From: Octopus sinensis
Lineage: Eukaryota
Reading direction: 5' to 3'
Assembly: GCF_006345805.1 (NCBI RefSeq)
Contig: NC_043008.1
Coordinates: forward strand, 68,944,001 to 69,008,000
DNA: 64,000 nt
Shown here: positions 28,386 to 43,782 of the stretch, piece after piece
Position numbering within the stretch: position 1 is the stretch's first letter
How the letters are laid out: every line of letters starts with the position of its first letter
Program-made: the position numbers and the translations under genes
The notes under the pieces: model-generated
Told to the model about the DNA's origin: nothing
Seen by the model: only the letters and a program-made list of their open reading frames with translations
Database searches by the model: none

Positions 28386-28618
28386 TCATACGTGCACACA
28401 TATACATGCATACACATATATACACGTACACACATATATGCATGCATGCTCATATATACATGTACACACAATTTTATATACATATACTACATATGTATCA
28501 CACTCACACACACATGCGTGGAAAGAGAAAAATGGATAATATATCAGTACATGCATGCATATATTTAAACATACATGGCCACATACACGCACATATATAC
28601 TTATACATGTCCATATAT

Positions 28619-28652
<34 letters not shown>

Positions 28653-29687
28653 GAATATACATAGATATGTATACATAAATACACATACATGAATAGTATG
28701 ATATAGTTGAGTACATGTATGCATATATGCATACATATATATATATTTATATATATCTATGCATATGCATACCTAGATGCACACACACTCGCACACATGT
28801 GTGTGTATGTGTATATATATATATACATATATATATATATACATATATATATGTATGCATATATATATGTATACATGTATATATGTATATATATATATAT
28901 ATATATATACATATGTGTATATGTATATACATTTATACATATATATATGTATGTATATATATATATATGTATATATATGTATACATGTATATATATATAT
29001 ACATATATACATATACATATATATATATATACGTCTGTATATGAGTAGGTGTTTTTTTGTATGTGTGTCTATATGTGTATAATTGCTTAACTGAATCAGT
29101 GATGTTAATTGGTCTTATTCAATTAGTTGGATTAATTCAAGTTAAGATTGAAAGGAAGGTTCGTAGTTGCTTCACTGGACATGGGTCGATGTGAATGGCT
29201 TTCCTCAATATATTTAGAAGACAAATTTACTCTGAAATTCTCTGAAAACCAATGCATACCAATTCACAGTGTTGTGTTTATCAAATGATTTTCCTGCTTC
29301 CACGCTATTTCTTCCATTCCTCTTTGTTGCTTCTCAGCGGAATAGGGCCAAATGTGGCGAATGAATTGTAGAATTGCAAATCTATAATAAAAGGTGACCC
29401 TTAACGAAGCCAGTATTCAAGCATGTTTTCTATTGGAATGGCAGACAGACTTATGGGAATACACTTGGAATAGTCGCGTTCTTCTATAGAAATAATATAT
29501 GAAAGTATAAAAGCATGGAATTTTCATTTCGGTTCAGTTCCTACCGGGATGTGTGTGCGTATGTGTGTATGCATGCGTGTGGGTATGTTGTGTTTGCGTG
29601 GGTGTCTAGATGTAGATACATATTTACACGCATATCTCATATATATATATATATATAATATATATATATATAATATATATATATATG

Positions 29688-29768
<81 letters not shown>

Positions 29769-29783
29769 GATCTATCTACCTAC

Positions 29784-29845
<62 letters not shown>

Positions 29846-30744
29846 CTACCTCCACCTCAATTTGTTTGTCTGCCTGTCTCTCTCTCTCTTTCTTTATATA
29901 CATTATATGCAAACGAGAGGTATGTCCATAAAGATTATTCAGTAGGGTTTAGTTATTCATTCGAAATGAATGTTTCCTTCTGTAGGTTCTTAGATTTTTT
30001 CTCTCAATGTACACTCTTTCAGCCAATAAAAATATGAATCCTTCTTTTTGTTCCAATTTCGAGGCGAACGTTTCACGTCAAAAACATATTTCCATTTCCC
30101 TCATCGTGAAACTAATATCTTTAAATCTGTCTTGTGATTCTTGTCGTTATCGTAGTGTCATTACATACATAAATATGTACGTAAATCCATCCATCCATCC
30201 ATCCATCCATACATACATGTACAGCACACGCACGCATGCATACATGTAAGCGCATACAAGTATGTACAAGAAATACCATCACAATATTATTCATTGTTAG
30301 AAACCTGGTAATAGGTGAGCCAATATCAACGTCACATATCATTAAAAAGGGGAGCCTGAGAAGGTTTCGAAGTGGTAATGATTTACCATTAATAGGGATG
30401 AGTTTAATTGAATCTGGAGTATCACTCGCACGGTTCTAATTTTCATCTTTCGCTATGCCGAACTTTAGTTATCTGATGTAGAACTTATTTAGAAAAAAAC
30501 AAAAAAACAAAAGACAAAAAACATACGCGTAAGCAGCGAATATACTGATTGGTTGAGATGGTCTCTGATGTGCAAACCACATGATTTGGATTGACTGGAA
30601 GTAGATCTCCAACCAATCAAATCTATTGCAGGTTCTGTCACTGAGGTTCACTTAATTGAACTGTTACAGGTCAACGCTTACAGGAGAGACACGAGCGGGA
30701 AGAAGATACTAGATGTCAGATATTTGGTGTGTGTGCGTGTGTGT

Positions 30745-31130
30745 GTGTGGGTGGGGGGAATTCGACGCAGGTGCTTGTGCGGGACCAGGAGTTGCGAAGG
30801 TGTATACAATAAGGATATCGAACGGTGGAAAGGTGAGTGTTTCGCAGGTACACGAATGATAGAGGTACGAGACCCGTCAGCTCTGAAGAACAGAGGCCAA
30901 TATACAAGTGATAGAAAAGACAAAGAGAGGAGACAGCGTGTATAAGGACCAGAGGTTGGGAAGAGATCGCTAGTGATGGAATGCTAATCAATAGCCCTCC
31001 TACATTCCAGGGAGTCTGTCTGTGTAGCAATAGTAAGTTGTGTGCGATAGGAGAAAATGGAAAAAGTGGTAGGAAAAGAATAAGCTAGTAGGAGAGGGAA
31101 GAAAGGCTTGGATTCGGGAGGTGTGATGGA
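30745..31130 (-). mobile_element. CR1/Jockey-group LINE 3' fragment
   Basis: SSLCLFYHLYIGLCSSELTGLVP..RNTHLST..PYCI resembles the ORF2 C-terminus of this group. Confidence 0.55.
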
Positions 31131-31594
31131 TAGTTTAACTATATAGGGAAGTATATAATCTTATCTTATGTTTTATGTGGAGCAAAGATACTTCAAGGCT
31201 AATATTTATGGATAAAACCGAGTGAAATGTAAATGAAACTATTGTAAGATTAACGTTTCTGATGTTTGATGTTCTTAAAAAATATGAAGCGGCACATCTT
31301 TCGAAAGATGAATTCTCAACAGTGATTCATGATGTTAACAGATGAAACAATATTTCTAAACTTTCCCTGGTGTGTTGAGAGTAGAGTTTCAGAAATTGGT
31401 AATATCATTTCGCATATCACAACGATTTCAGATTTATATAGAAATTGGTACCTTTATTCCCCAGACTTCAACAGTAACGCTAACGAAGTCGTGTCTGTGC
31501 CTCTGGCTGTGTTCATGAATTTGTGTGTATGTTGCTTATATCGCAACTAAAACGGGTTGGTGGTGAACACAATATAATAATACCAATAAAAATC

Positions 31595-32150
<556 letters not shown>

Positions 32151-32249
32151 ATTATTACCTGAGCTAAGCTTTTCTTTCCATGCATAAACCTAATCTGTTT
32201 CCCATTTTACACTATGACACTTCTGCACTTCCTGCACGAGGTGAGTTCA

Positions 32250-33975
32250 CCCGGAATTCTTGAAAGGGGAGATTCAGTTTAGTTTTCAAGGAACCTACAC
32301 ACACCACATGCAGGTCTCTCAGATTTTTGGGGGAGGATATTGATGGGCTGTAGACCCATAAAAGCTGTTGCAGTATCTGGTTCTGTATCTTGATGACCAT
32401 GTTGAGATCTTTGGCGCTATGCAATAATGCTCTTCTCTTCTGTTTATGTAACTTTCAATGCCAAACATTAGTGCAACTCATTTCACGATTTGCCATGCGT
32501 ATATCACTGCCTATCCTTCCCGCCTTCATTCTAATATGTAGAGTCTTATTTTTTTCAGAATTTCCTATTGGCTGACATGTTGTATTGAGATGATCGTCGC
32601 TGGATTGTAGCTTTGCTTGATTGCTTCGAGTTCCACCATTAATTTTCCATATGTAGTGTCTATAGTTGGGAGTAGTAGTCTAAGCGCCTGAGGACAAATG
32701 TCTTCCAGAGGACCATCCTGATTTCTATTCTCTCGTTCTGAAAGTTCTGAGGATCCATCCGGCCAGCCGTATGAATTTTATTGCTAATTTAGTAATACTC
32801 ACCTAGGAAGATGTATCATTACTCATGCCAATGTTCTCCGATTTTGATTCAGAGACTGCAATCCTTCTTGAGCCAGTGTATCCTGTCTGAATTCCATTCA
32901 GCTTTGAGTACTGGTAGCGCGTCATTTGGAAGTTTTCAGCATTAAACTGCATATTATTGTTTTAAACCCACCTATATATTGCTTCCAACACCTGCTACTA
33001 GCGCACAATAACCCCAGAGTTCTGACTTCTTTTACTAGCTATGTCATCTGCATAACGAGTAAAGGTGGTTATCTGAATAGCTGAGGGCATATCTGAGAGG
33101 ACCACACTGAATAGAAGTGGGCCTAAGACAGTGCATTTGTGTTTCTTTAGAGGTGTCCCTATTGGTCATCATTACTTGACATATGTCTTTTCAAAAGTCG
33201 TGTAACCATCCTCCAACTTTTCCGACTATGTTGAAATCACGCAACTTGCGACATATCATACCATGGTCAACTTTATCAAAGAAGTTTTCAAAGCCATGAT
33301 ATATCCCATCCACATTTAAGTTGATGAGCAGTTGCTACAAAACCCTGACATAGTGCCGTAATAGCTTTGTCAGGTAGCTCCTCCCTGGTCGAAAACCATG
33401 CTGGGTGTCAGTAAGCAAGTCAGTCTCTTCAAGGAACGCAAATATTTTCATCCGGACTATTTGTTCCACGACTAATATTTAGGCCAGCATTGCTTTCTCC
33501 TATATGGATAGGGCATATTATACCCTCTTTCAATTTACACGGGAGTTTACAACTTGCAAGGAAGCTCTGAAAAAGAAGTTGTAGTGATTTTTACACGAAC
33601 TCCTTTACATGATTTGAGAAGAATTGTTGGGAATCTATCAGGGCTAGCTGCTGAATTTGCGTCTACCTCATCTATGGCCTGTATTACTTTAATGTCCATG
33701 TAATCAATTGCTGGCGCGTCCCAGGTTACAGTTGTAGCGGTAAAGAACTCTGCTGGTCTATTCATTCGTTGTGTCCTAAAGGAGTAATAAAAATACTTTT
33801 GAACTGTCCGTCTAGAACTTCATTTATCCTCACTGGTTTTCTTATGAGGAAGCCGTCGTTTTTGGAGAGAGGCAAAATCTTGAAGCATACTGAGGTCGTT
33901 TCTTTGGGAAAGTCAAAGTAAGCATTCGAATTTGGCATAAAATATTTTATAACCCAGGCCTCCTTTCGTAACCCA
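32250..33975 (-). mobile_element. CR1-group LINE reverse transcriptase relic
   Basis: AASPDRFPTILLK, QHGFRPGRS, DKVDHGMI, YADD (GTCATCTGCATAA about 33043); multiple stops. Confidence 0.8.
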
Positions 33976-34148
33976 GTCAGTGGTATATATATATATATAT
34001 ATATATATGTTACATATATACAAATAAACATCTATATGCACACACACACACACGCAAACACACGCACATACACACACAGACACACACACACATATGTATA
34101 CACCTACATAAAAACATATATATGTATATAAATATACACAAATATATA

Positions 34149-34205
<57 letters not shown>

Positions 34206-34736
34206 CATATATACAAACAAATATGTGTATATATAAATACATATACATACATGCATATGTGTGTTTACATACATAACATATATAATACAAAACTAAAACT
34301 AATAAAATGAAAAAACAAACGAATAGAGAAAATATAATAAAATAAAATGAGATTAAAGTAAATTGTATAAATATAAGCAAGACATTGACTTGGCTTCATG
34401 GTTCCACAAGATGAATGTGAGTCAATAACCTCTCGTCTATGATATTCAACGACAGGAATCTGAAGGGCCTTTGATAAAAAGAGATTTGTTTAAATACCCA
34501 TGACTGACGTAAAGTAAAACAGGCTCGTATCATAAACGAATTCGAAATGTCGTGAAAATCAAGCAGAACTCTTTAGAGACAGAAAACTCAACATAAATGA
34601 TTTCAACAATTATTTATATAAACTTAAATCATAAAATTAGAGCAATTTCTGTAAAAATATTCCTCAAATACAACCAGGATGAATCGGTATGAAAAGTTAA
34701 CAGAAAAAATCAATAAATCTCACATAAAGTTTGAAT

Positions 34737-34771
<35 letters not shown>

Positions 34772-35027
34772 TATATAGTATATATACGTTTATATTGGTA
34801 TATGCGTATATATGTATATGTGTGCATGTGTGTATATATACACATATAAAGGTGCATGCGTGTGTATATTATAATATGTATATATATACATATATATATA
34901 TATACGTTAGTGTGTGCATGTGTGTGTGTGTATGCAGATGAATCGCCTGAGAGGTTAACAAGAAAAATCAATAAATTTCAAATAAGTTTGAACATACATA
35001 CAAATATACATGTATATTTATAGGTAT

Positions 35028-35114
<87 letters not shown>

Positions 35115-35268
35115 AGAGGGAGAGAGAGGGGGAGAGAGACAGAAAGAGAGAGAAAGAGATAGACAGACAAGCCGTATCGCCGAATCGCACACGAAAAGTT
35201 AGAAAAAATCAATAGACCTCAAATGAATTTCACACACAGACACACACACACACACACACACACACACA

Positions 35269-35332
<64 letters not shown>

Positions 35333-35836
35333 CTTATATATATATATGCATGTATGCAATATTATATATAATTATATATATGTATATAATATAATTATAT
35401 ATATATGTGTGTGTATGTGTGTGTGTACTCATGTATACACATAGGTAAGTAAGTATGCATATATGTATATGTAACAATACACATAAAATATAGGATGCAA
35501 ACTTAATGATGGGTAAAGCAAGCCAAGGCGTACAACATCAAGAAATTATGTATGTCTGCGTGTATGTGTGTACATGTGCGTGCTAGTATGTAATTATGTA
35601 TGCATATATATGTGTGTGTATGTTTGTGTTTGTGTGTGTGTGTGTGTGCATGTATACTCCCTGGACATGGACCATGTTTCTGCGACATGAACGCGACTAA
35701 ACAAACGTCCCAGAGCTTCTTCAGCCAGAACATTGAAGTAAGCATTTGATTTTCAATACATTACGTTTACATTATTTTTTTTATATGTCTATTGTTCTAT
35801 ACATATAACGATGTATGCATATATGTATTTAAGCAT

Positions 35837-35919
<83 letters not shown>

Positions 35920-36183
35920 CACCTATCGATCTATCTATCTATCGATCTATCTGTCTGTCTGTCTGCCTGTTTGCCCGTCTGTCTGTCTGCCTGCCTGCCT
36001 GTCTGTCTGTCTGGCTCTCTGTATGAATGTGTTTGTGCCTATTCAAGGGGGTACGAGTATGCATATAGACAGGAAGTAATAGATATACATAAAGAGAGAA
36101 TGGAGGTGGAAAGGTGGAGAGGCGAATGAAAGAGAAAGAGAATGGTATATTATATAGTTATATTTATAGATAAATCGATATAT

Positions 36184-36227
<44 letters not shown>

Positions 36228-36305
36228 TTATATATATATATCTGACTTTATATGTGTATATATATGTACGTACACCACACACACCACATACATACACACA
36301 CACAC

Positions 36306-36373
<68 letters not shown>

Positions 36374-36479
36374 CATATATAAATAGGAAAGCGAGTTATT
36401 TTCAGATAGAACATAACAATAAAATCTAACCATGCACGTGGGTCACACGACGAGGCAGCATAGGTGTAACCTTGCCTAT

Positions 36480-37153
36480 ACCGTTTTGGTAACAACAACA
36501 ACAACAACAGCAACAACAACTACAATCAGCATCACCATCACCCCCCCTCCAACGACCGCTAAGTTATAACCTTGCCTATTCCGTTTTGGTGACAACAGCA
36601 ACAGCGCAACAACAACCACAAAATTCACATCTGACCTCACCATCGACACCACCAGCTGTTGGTAACAGGAACATCATCATCATCATCATCATCATCACAA
36701 TCAACATCATTAGCATCACCAACCATAATGATAACGGGAGGACCGCCGGCACCACCAATACCACCACCACCACCACCACCACCACCACCACCGCCACCGC
36801 CACCACCACCGCCACCGGCACCGCTGCCGCCACGACCAAGACCACCACCACCACTACCACCACCCTCACCACCACCACCACCACCACCACCACCACCACC
36901 ACCACCACCGCCACCACCACCACCACTAATAACAACAGCAACAACAACGACGTTATCATCACAATCAGAAGATGCGTAGTCTTGCACATGCCATTTCTAT
37001 AACACCACCAACGCATCCTCAACAACACTAACAATAGCAATAACAACAGCAACATCAATAGAAACAATAACATCAACAACAAAAACAACACCACCATCAC
37101 CACCAACAACAACACTAAAAACTGGAATAGTAACAGTATCAATAATAAGAATG

Positions 37154-37220
<67 letters not shown>

Positions 37221-37322
37221 TGATAGTAATAATAATAATAATAATGATAATAATAATAATAATCACAAAATATTATTACTCTTATTATTATTATTATTAT
37301 TATTAATAATAATAATAATGAT

Positions 37323-37393
<71 letters not shown>

Positions 37394-37405
37394 GATAATA
37401 ATAAT
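36480..37405. repeat. Compound trinucleotide microsatellite block (CAA)n-(CAT)n-(CAC)n-(AAT)n
   Basis: Read directly; it generates the poly-T, P, G, L and I ORFs in the track. Confidence 0.95.
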
Positions 37406-37960
37406 CGATTGATGAGATGAGTGACTTTCCATTTATTTGTTGCTCATATATGCTGGCAGGGAAAACATTTTGGAATCTGTTTGAAGATGACCATATTGAA
37501 AGCAGAAAATGTATATAGAAACGCATATCTACATTATTCCGCTGTTAATGAACAAATGGCTTTTTATTTTGGTCTTCTGTTGTTCCATAATAACGCACGT
37601 ACGCGCGCACACACACAGAGACACACACATGCACGAACATGTATGTGTGTATTGATTAGTATACAGAGAAATATATGGATATATATATATATATATATAT
37701 CTATATATATATATATGCATATATACACACATATACATATGCATACAGACAAACACCGTCCCGACACATACATATATGCATATACATGTACAGGTATGAT
37801 ACACAGACATGCACACCAAATCATAGCGACATATTTATTAGCATGTGTGTATACATATATGTGTGTGCATGCGCATGAGTGTGAGTATTAATATATATAT
37901 ATATATATATATACGTATATACGTATATATATGTATATATATATATATACATATATATAC

Positions 37961-38000
<40 letters not shown>

Positions 38001-38410
38001 GTATATATATGTATATATATCTACGTATATATATATATACACACATGTACATATATATATATGCATATGCATACACACATACACACATACGCACGCTCAC
38101 TCGCGACCGTACTAGCAGATATTCAGGAGTCTTTGATTTTTTTCGCATCGATCCCTTTAAAATAACGGAAGGGATTATAAGTTTGATCGTGATGGTGAGG
38201 GTTGGCGCCAGTGTGTGTGTGTATGTGTGTGTGTGTGAGTGTGTGTGTGTGTGTGTGTATGTGAGTGTGTACGAGCATGTGTGTATTGATGTGTGTTTGT
38301 ATGTATTAAGTGGGGTTCTTGATGAGATTTGCTACCTTGATCTAGAATTTATGGGTTTTCATACGCTATCTATCAATGTATCTGTCTATGTATGTATGTA
38401 TGTATGTATG

Positions 38411-38509
<99 letters not shown>

Positions 38510-39057
38510 ATGATAATCTGTGTTTTATCTACTTATTCAGCGCTCTCTCATCTCCTCTGCCTTACCATATACCAATCTCTTTACTTAGTGCATATATATA
38601 TTTATATACGTGTATAGGTGTGTATAGACATATATGTATATGTATACACACACGCACACGCACATAGATATGTACATATATATACATATATAGACACACC
38701 TCACATACACACGTATATATACATATGTATATATATACATATATATTATATATATATATATATATATACATATATATACATACATGTATACATATATATA
38801 TATATTATATATATATATATATATACATACATGTATACATATAATATATATATTATATATATATATATATGTGTGTGTGGGTGTGTATGTATACATATAC
38901 ATATATATTCACTGTTATATTATGTGCATCTGTGCGTGTGTGTCTGTGAGCGCATGTGTGGTTGAGTATATTTAGTTTTAAATAATAGAATTCGAAGAGA
39001 CAGCTACGTCAGGGAAATATTGTTCGTCAAACTCTATATTTTGTCTCGTTTCTTTTA

Positions 39058-39097
<40 letters not shown>

Positions 39098-39689
39098 CTC
39101 TCACTCTCTTCTCTTTTTTTTCTCTATTTGCACAAATCTACATACACACACATATGCTCACATACACACACATGCTCACATACACACACATCACGAAGTC
39201 AAACATAGTTTAAACAGTAGATTATAAAATTTTTTTAAAAATTCAATAAAATTTTAAAGTGGATAATATTATTGCGCAGTTAGTATTTTTAAAGAATATA
39301 AATATAACATGAAAGAAAAACTTCATTCTGTATCTTCCTTTATGATACTGCACTGAGGCACAATCTGTTATTTGAGCTGAGGAAAACAACTTACACTTTC
39401 TCTGACTCTTTCGACCTTCTCAAGAGTTGTAATACGTGTCGGCTATTTATTCCAAACTCTCCCAACCGCTTTCCTTCATATGTATTTACAACTCACCCGT
39501 CTAATGAAAGGACGCCTTAGTGAATTCTAACGTCAGAAATACGTACAACCAATCCTTGAACCGCTGCCGATTGCCAGTCTAATTCCACTCTCAGCATCTG
39601 AAAAACGATTAAAACATTTGTAAATAATCACCTTGTGTATGTTACAGCTCTCTGCTTCTAAATCGACCTAGATTGTTTTTCAGTTGGAA

Positions 39690-39945
39690 GAATTAATAAA
39701 CAGCAAAATAAGATATTTTTCAAATTGAGTGATGACGTCATGAAAAGTCTAACTAATGCCGTCCATGAACTATACATCAAATACTTTGAACGATACCAGC
39801 AGCAATCTGACCAATAGTTTTCTTTGTAAAATAAAATAAACGAAAGAAAATTCTTGGAATCTGATTAAAACAATTCGCATGAGTGCTGACCTGAGACCAG
39901 ATTTGTCCAATAAGATATTTTGTTATCAACCAAGTGTCGGTGATA
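39690..39945 (+). mobile_element. Possible decayed hAT (Buster-like) transposase C-terminus
   Basis: SFLCK..WNLIKTIRMSADLRPDLSN resembles the TYLCE..IKTK.RNRL..DLR..LS dimerisation motif; weak. Confidence 0.3.
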
Positions 39946-40639
39946 TGAAGAAGGGTAAGGCTAACTACTGATACGTTCAGTTAGCAGCGAGCTGAGATGT
40001 GTGTCCGGTGAGAAGTCTGGGTGACAAGATATGATCAACAAGTAAAGACAATTGAAGCTAATAGTTTGAATCGTGAGCAACGAACCATGACTGCAATCGA
40101 AACTTTTGTCATGCCAAAAATTTCGAGTGATTCTATTAGCCGATTTGTACGCTAACATTAACTAACCATTTCAATATATCAACCTTCCTCACCACACGGA
40201 AGAAAAAATCCCATACTATTAACCTTCCACAAAAGAAAAAACACCACAAGAACCATAGTATAAAGAAAAAATTGCATCTACTGATATTGTGAAGTGAACA
40301 CTCATTTTTAATTCTTTCTATTTGGCTGTATCGAACCTTCGCATCTGGTGTGCTTTTTTTCTAAATTCACAATGAATATATAATAAACTGTGTTCTACTC
40401 ATTCATCCCGTTAGTATTATTTTACCATCTTGTTACAAGTATCTTTACCCACTTCAGTAAACTTCCTATTACCGTAGGAAGACGTCCTTGAACTAAGTAC
40501 ATCTTGCTTACTTCGATTAATGAGGGAACCTCAACGTTAGCGCTTCATATGTTAGAAAAACTTAAATTTCTCCCAAATAAAATTTTTTTTTCTTTCAGTG
40601 AAATGAAAGGTATTTTGATAATGTATTTTGGAAAAAAAA

Positions 40640-41349
40640 ATATATGAAAAGAATGGATGGCTATTACTAAAATAACTGATCACATATTTGATCTAAGAAC
40701 GATCACCTCGGGTTAAACAATTTCCAACCTTTTTACAACATACACTAAAAGCTTCTTACCCTATTGTTTAGCTTTATATCAATTCAGACCAAATAAACGT
40801 ACGATCAGTGACGTTTGAGATATGACCACCTCAGCTTAATATATTCCATACTACATTAAATAGTGTAGTAATTTATGATTACAAATGGTATGATTACAAA
40901 TGGCTGCTTTTTCTATGAGGTCGAACGTACACATAGAGGACCTTTCATTCACTTATAACCTTCCTGTCATTATTGAAAGTGAATGCAATGTTCTTGCCTT
41001 GGAAACCAGAAAATATTTCACCCATGTCTGATACCAGAACGACCTAATTAATTTTCACGCCTCTGGTTCTATTATTGACTCATTTCTTGCATCAGAGTTG
41101 CTATTAGAATATTCCATCCTTGAGTGTATTAGAACTGTTCCCTGTTTACAACGTCCTCGAATATGCAGTAATTCCGTTTCGTTACGGTCTTATATCATTT
41201 CTCTTCTCTAATTATATCAGCGATTTACTTCTAACCTATGATATCAGGGTTGCTACCAGTCTTCAATCGTTCACAATCCTTAACTATTGTTATTTACACA
41301 TGACCTGCATAAGTCGCATTAATTTGATGAGCAAAGAACGTGTACTTGC

Positions 41350-41383
<34 letters not shown>

Positions 41384-41404
41384 GTGTCTGTGTATCCATG
41401 TGTG

Positions 41405-41479
<75 letters not shown>

Positions 41480-41724
41480 TTACATGTATGTATATATATA
41501 TTTATATATGTATACATATATATATGTATATATAGTCAATAAAACAATAAAACATTTATCAGAAAAGAAGCACAATCTAAAGAATAGACCAGTCATTATT
41601 AAAACATGAAAAGAAAGGATGGGCATTGTTAAAATAACTGATCATATATCTGATCTAAGCAGGATCACCTCGGGTTAAGCAACATACGTATATACATATA
41701 TATATACACACACACACACACACA

Positions 41725-41781
<57 letters not shown>

Positions 41782-43100
41782 AATACTAGCAGATATATCC
41801 GGCGTTGCTCGGGATTTAAATGGCATAGTTTGTATATATGGTATAGTTAAACATGTAATACAGGCAAGTGCAGTATTGACGACAAAACCAGAAAATATTT
41901 CACCCATGTCTGATACCAGAACGACCTAATTAATTTTCACATCTCCGGTTCTATTATTGACTTTTTTTTTGCATCAGAGTTTCTATTAGAATATTCCATC
42001 CTTGTTCACAAAGTCTTCAACTATACAGTAATTCGGTTTGGTTACGATCACATACCATTCTCTTCTCTAATTATATCAGCGATTTACTTCTAACCTATGA
42101 TATCAGGGTTGCTACCAGTCTTCAATAGTTCTCAATCCTTAACTGTTGTTATTTATACATAATCTGCATGAGTAGAACTAGACTTGCATTACTTCGATGA
42201 GCAAAGATCGTGTGCTTATATATATATTTATATATATGTATGTGTGTATGTGTGCATGTGTGAGTATAAGTATATACATATAAATATACTTACATATATA
42301 TGTATATATATAATTATATATGTATATATAGTCAATAAAACATTTATCAGAGAAGAAGCACAATCTAAAGAATCGAGCAGTAATTAGTAAAACAAAATAC
42401 ATTAAAAGAAAGGATGGGCATTGTTGAAATAATACACACACATCCACCCATACAAACACACACACATCCACCCATACAAACACACACACATATACTAGCA
42501 GACATGCCCGGCGTTGCCCGGCATTTAAAAGGCATATTCTTTATATATGGTACAGTTTAGTTGAAAGATGTGATACAGGCAAGTACAACATTGACGACAA
42601 AATATTTGTGGAATAAATGAAGTGTTTATTCGACGAAGTGACAGGTCATGTGTCCGTTTGAATGATTCCAGGCCCTAACCTTGTAAAAAAATGGGTGGGG
42701 CATTTGCGATTTTAGAGCGCACGAAAAAGCTCTGAGTAGATGTGCTCTCTTTTGCTGCTGTCCACGTGGAACAATCAGTAGAAATAGGAACTACATCTAT
42801 GTGATAACTTAAGCCTGTAGGTGCACTCAAAAGCACCACACGAAAGAAATCTACATGAAAGAAATGACGTAGTAAGGGGTGGGAATTGGCTGAAGCTGTT
42901 AATGCAGCATTCCTGGCCAGGTGAATACTAACGCTACTCATCGCTTCCCATTGCTCTTGCAGAAGCTGTACATGCAGCATTCTGTGATTGTCGATTTTAA
43001 GTCACGTGTAACAATTCATTTGCTCTCTTTCTTTTTAATTTTTCTACCTCTGTTATTCGACCAATGGAGGAACTCTTCTTTAGAGACATTATGTCAAGAA
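40640..43100 (-). mobile_element. Tandem Helitron-like array with two canonical 3' ends
   Basis: Minus-strand hairpin plus CTAG|T termini: CCCGAGCAACGCCGG..CTGCTAGT (CTAG 41786-89) and CCGGGCAACGCCGGG..CTGCTAGT (CTAG 42495-98). Blocks are duplicated (41003-41350 vs 41884-42215; 40647-40720 vs 41608-41680). Confidence 0.7.
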
Positions 43101-43360
43101 ATATCACGTAATAAACTAAGATGACAAATGTGCGTTAATAATGAAGTGTCAATAAAAAAGTAAATATATCAATATCTTAACAAATTTTAAGAAAAGTTAC
43201 ATCTCAAAGAGGTACCTCTTTCTGTACAATAGTAGTGCTTATTCCAGGAAATGGGATTGTCTGGCCCCATTACACATTATGTGAAAAATTTTAAGAGTCT
43301 CCAGTTTCAAGAAAATCAGTTGCAAACTTCAGAAGGTATGCGGGTTTACACACACTGATA

Positions 43361-43404
<44 letters not shown>

Positions 43405-43472
43405 ATATATAGATATATTCTGTACAGAGCAATGTACAGTCTCGCTGCAGTCAAAACTGATGTAGGTCAATG

Positions 43473-43522
<50 letters not shown>

Positions 43523-43687
43523 TAGATGCCAAAACAATGGTAGTTACATTAATAAGAAGACCAGAAGATTAGGATCCTTTCTTCAGGAAATCTTTGGAGA
43601 AAAACTGCTGTTAGCTGATTTGGGCCCAGGTGCATAAGTTACCATATAACTTAGGGCTCAATTTTCAAACAACTCGTGTATTTATAA

Positions 43688-43782
<95 letters not shown>

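Noticed and set aside
30545-30620. GATTGGTTG..CAACCAATC hairpin considered as a miRNA
   Set aside because: Only the outer 9-13 bp pair and the interior is irregular; no known mature miRNA recognised.
36586-37002. Poly-Thr, poly-Pro and poly-Gly ORFs resembling mucin or glycine-rich proteins
   Set aside because: A pure (CAC)n/(CAA)n tract that is open in several frames on both strands.
38118-38195. Peptide [25 protein letters not shown] with faint cadherin-like FRIDP
   Set aside because: Too short, weak acceptor, and no supporting repeats.
39684-39817. Apparent terminal exon (TTTTCAG acceptor, GRINKQQNKIFFKLSDDVMKSLTNAVHELYIKYFERYQQQSDQ*, then AATAAA)
   Set aside because: No recognisable homolog, no partner exons, and adjacent sequence looks like decayed hAT transposase; a 45-codon open stretch can occur by chance.
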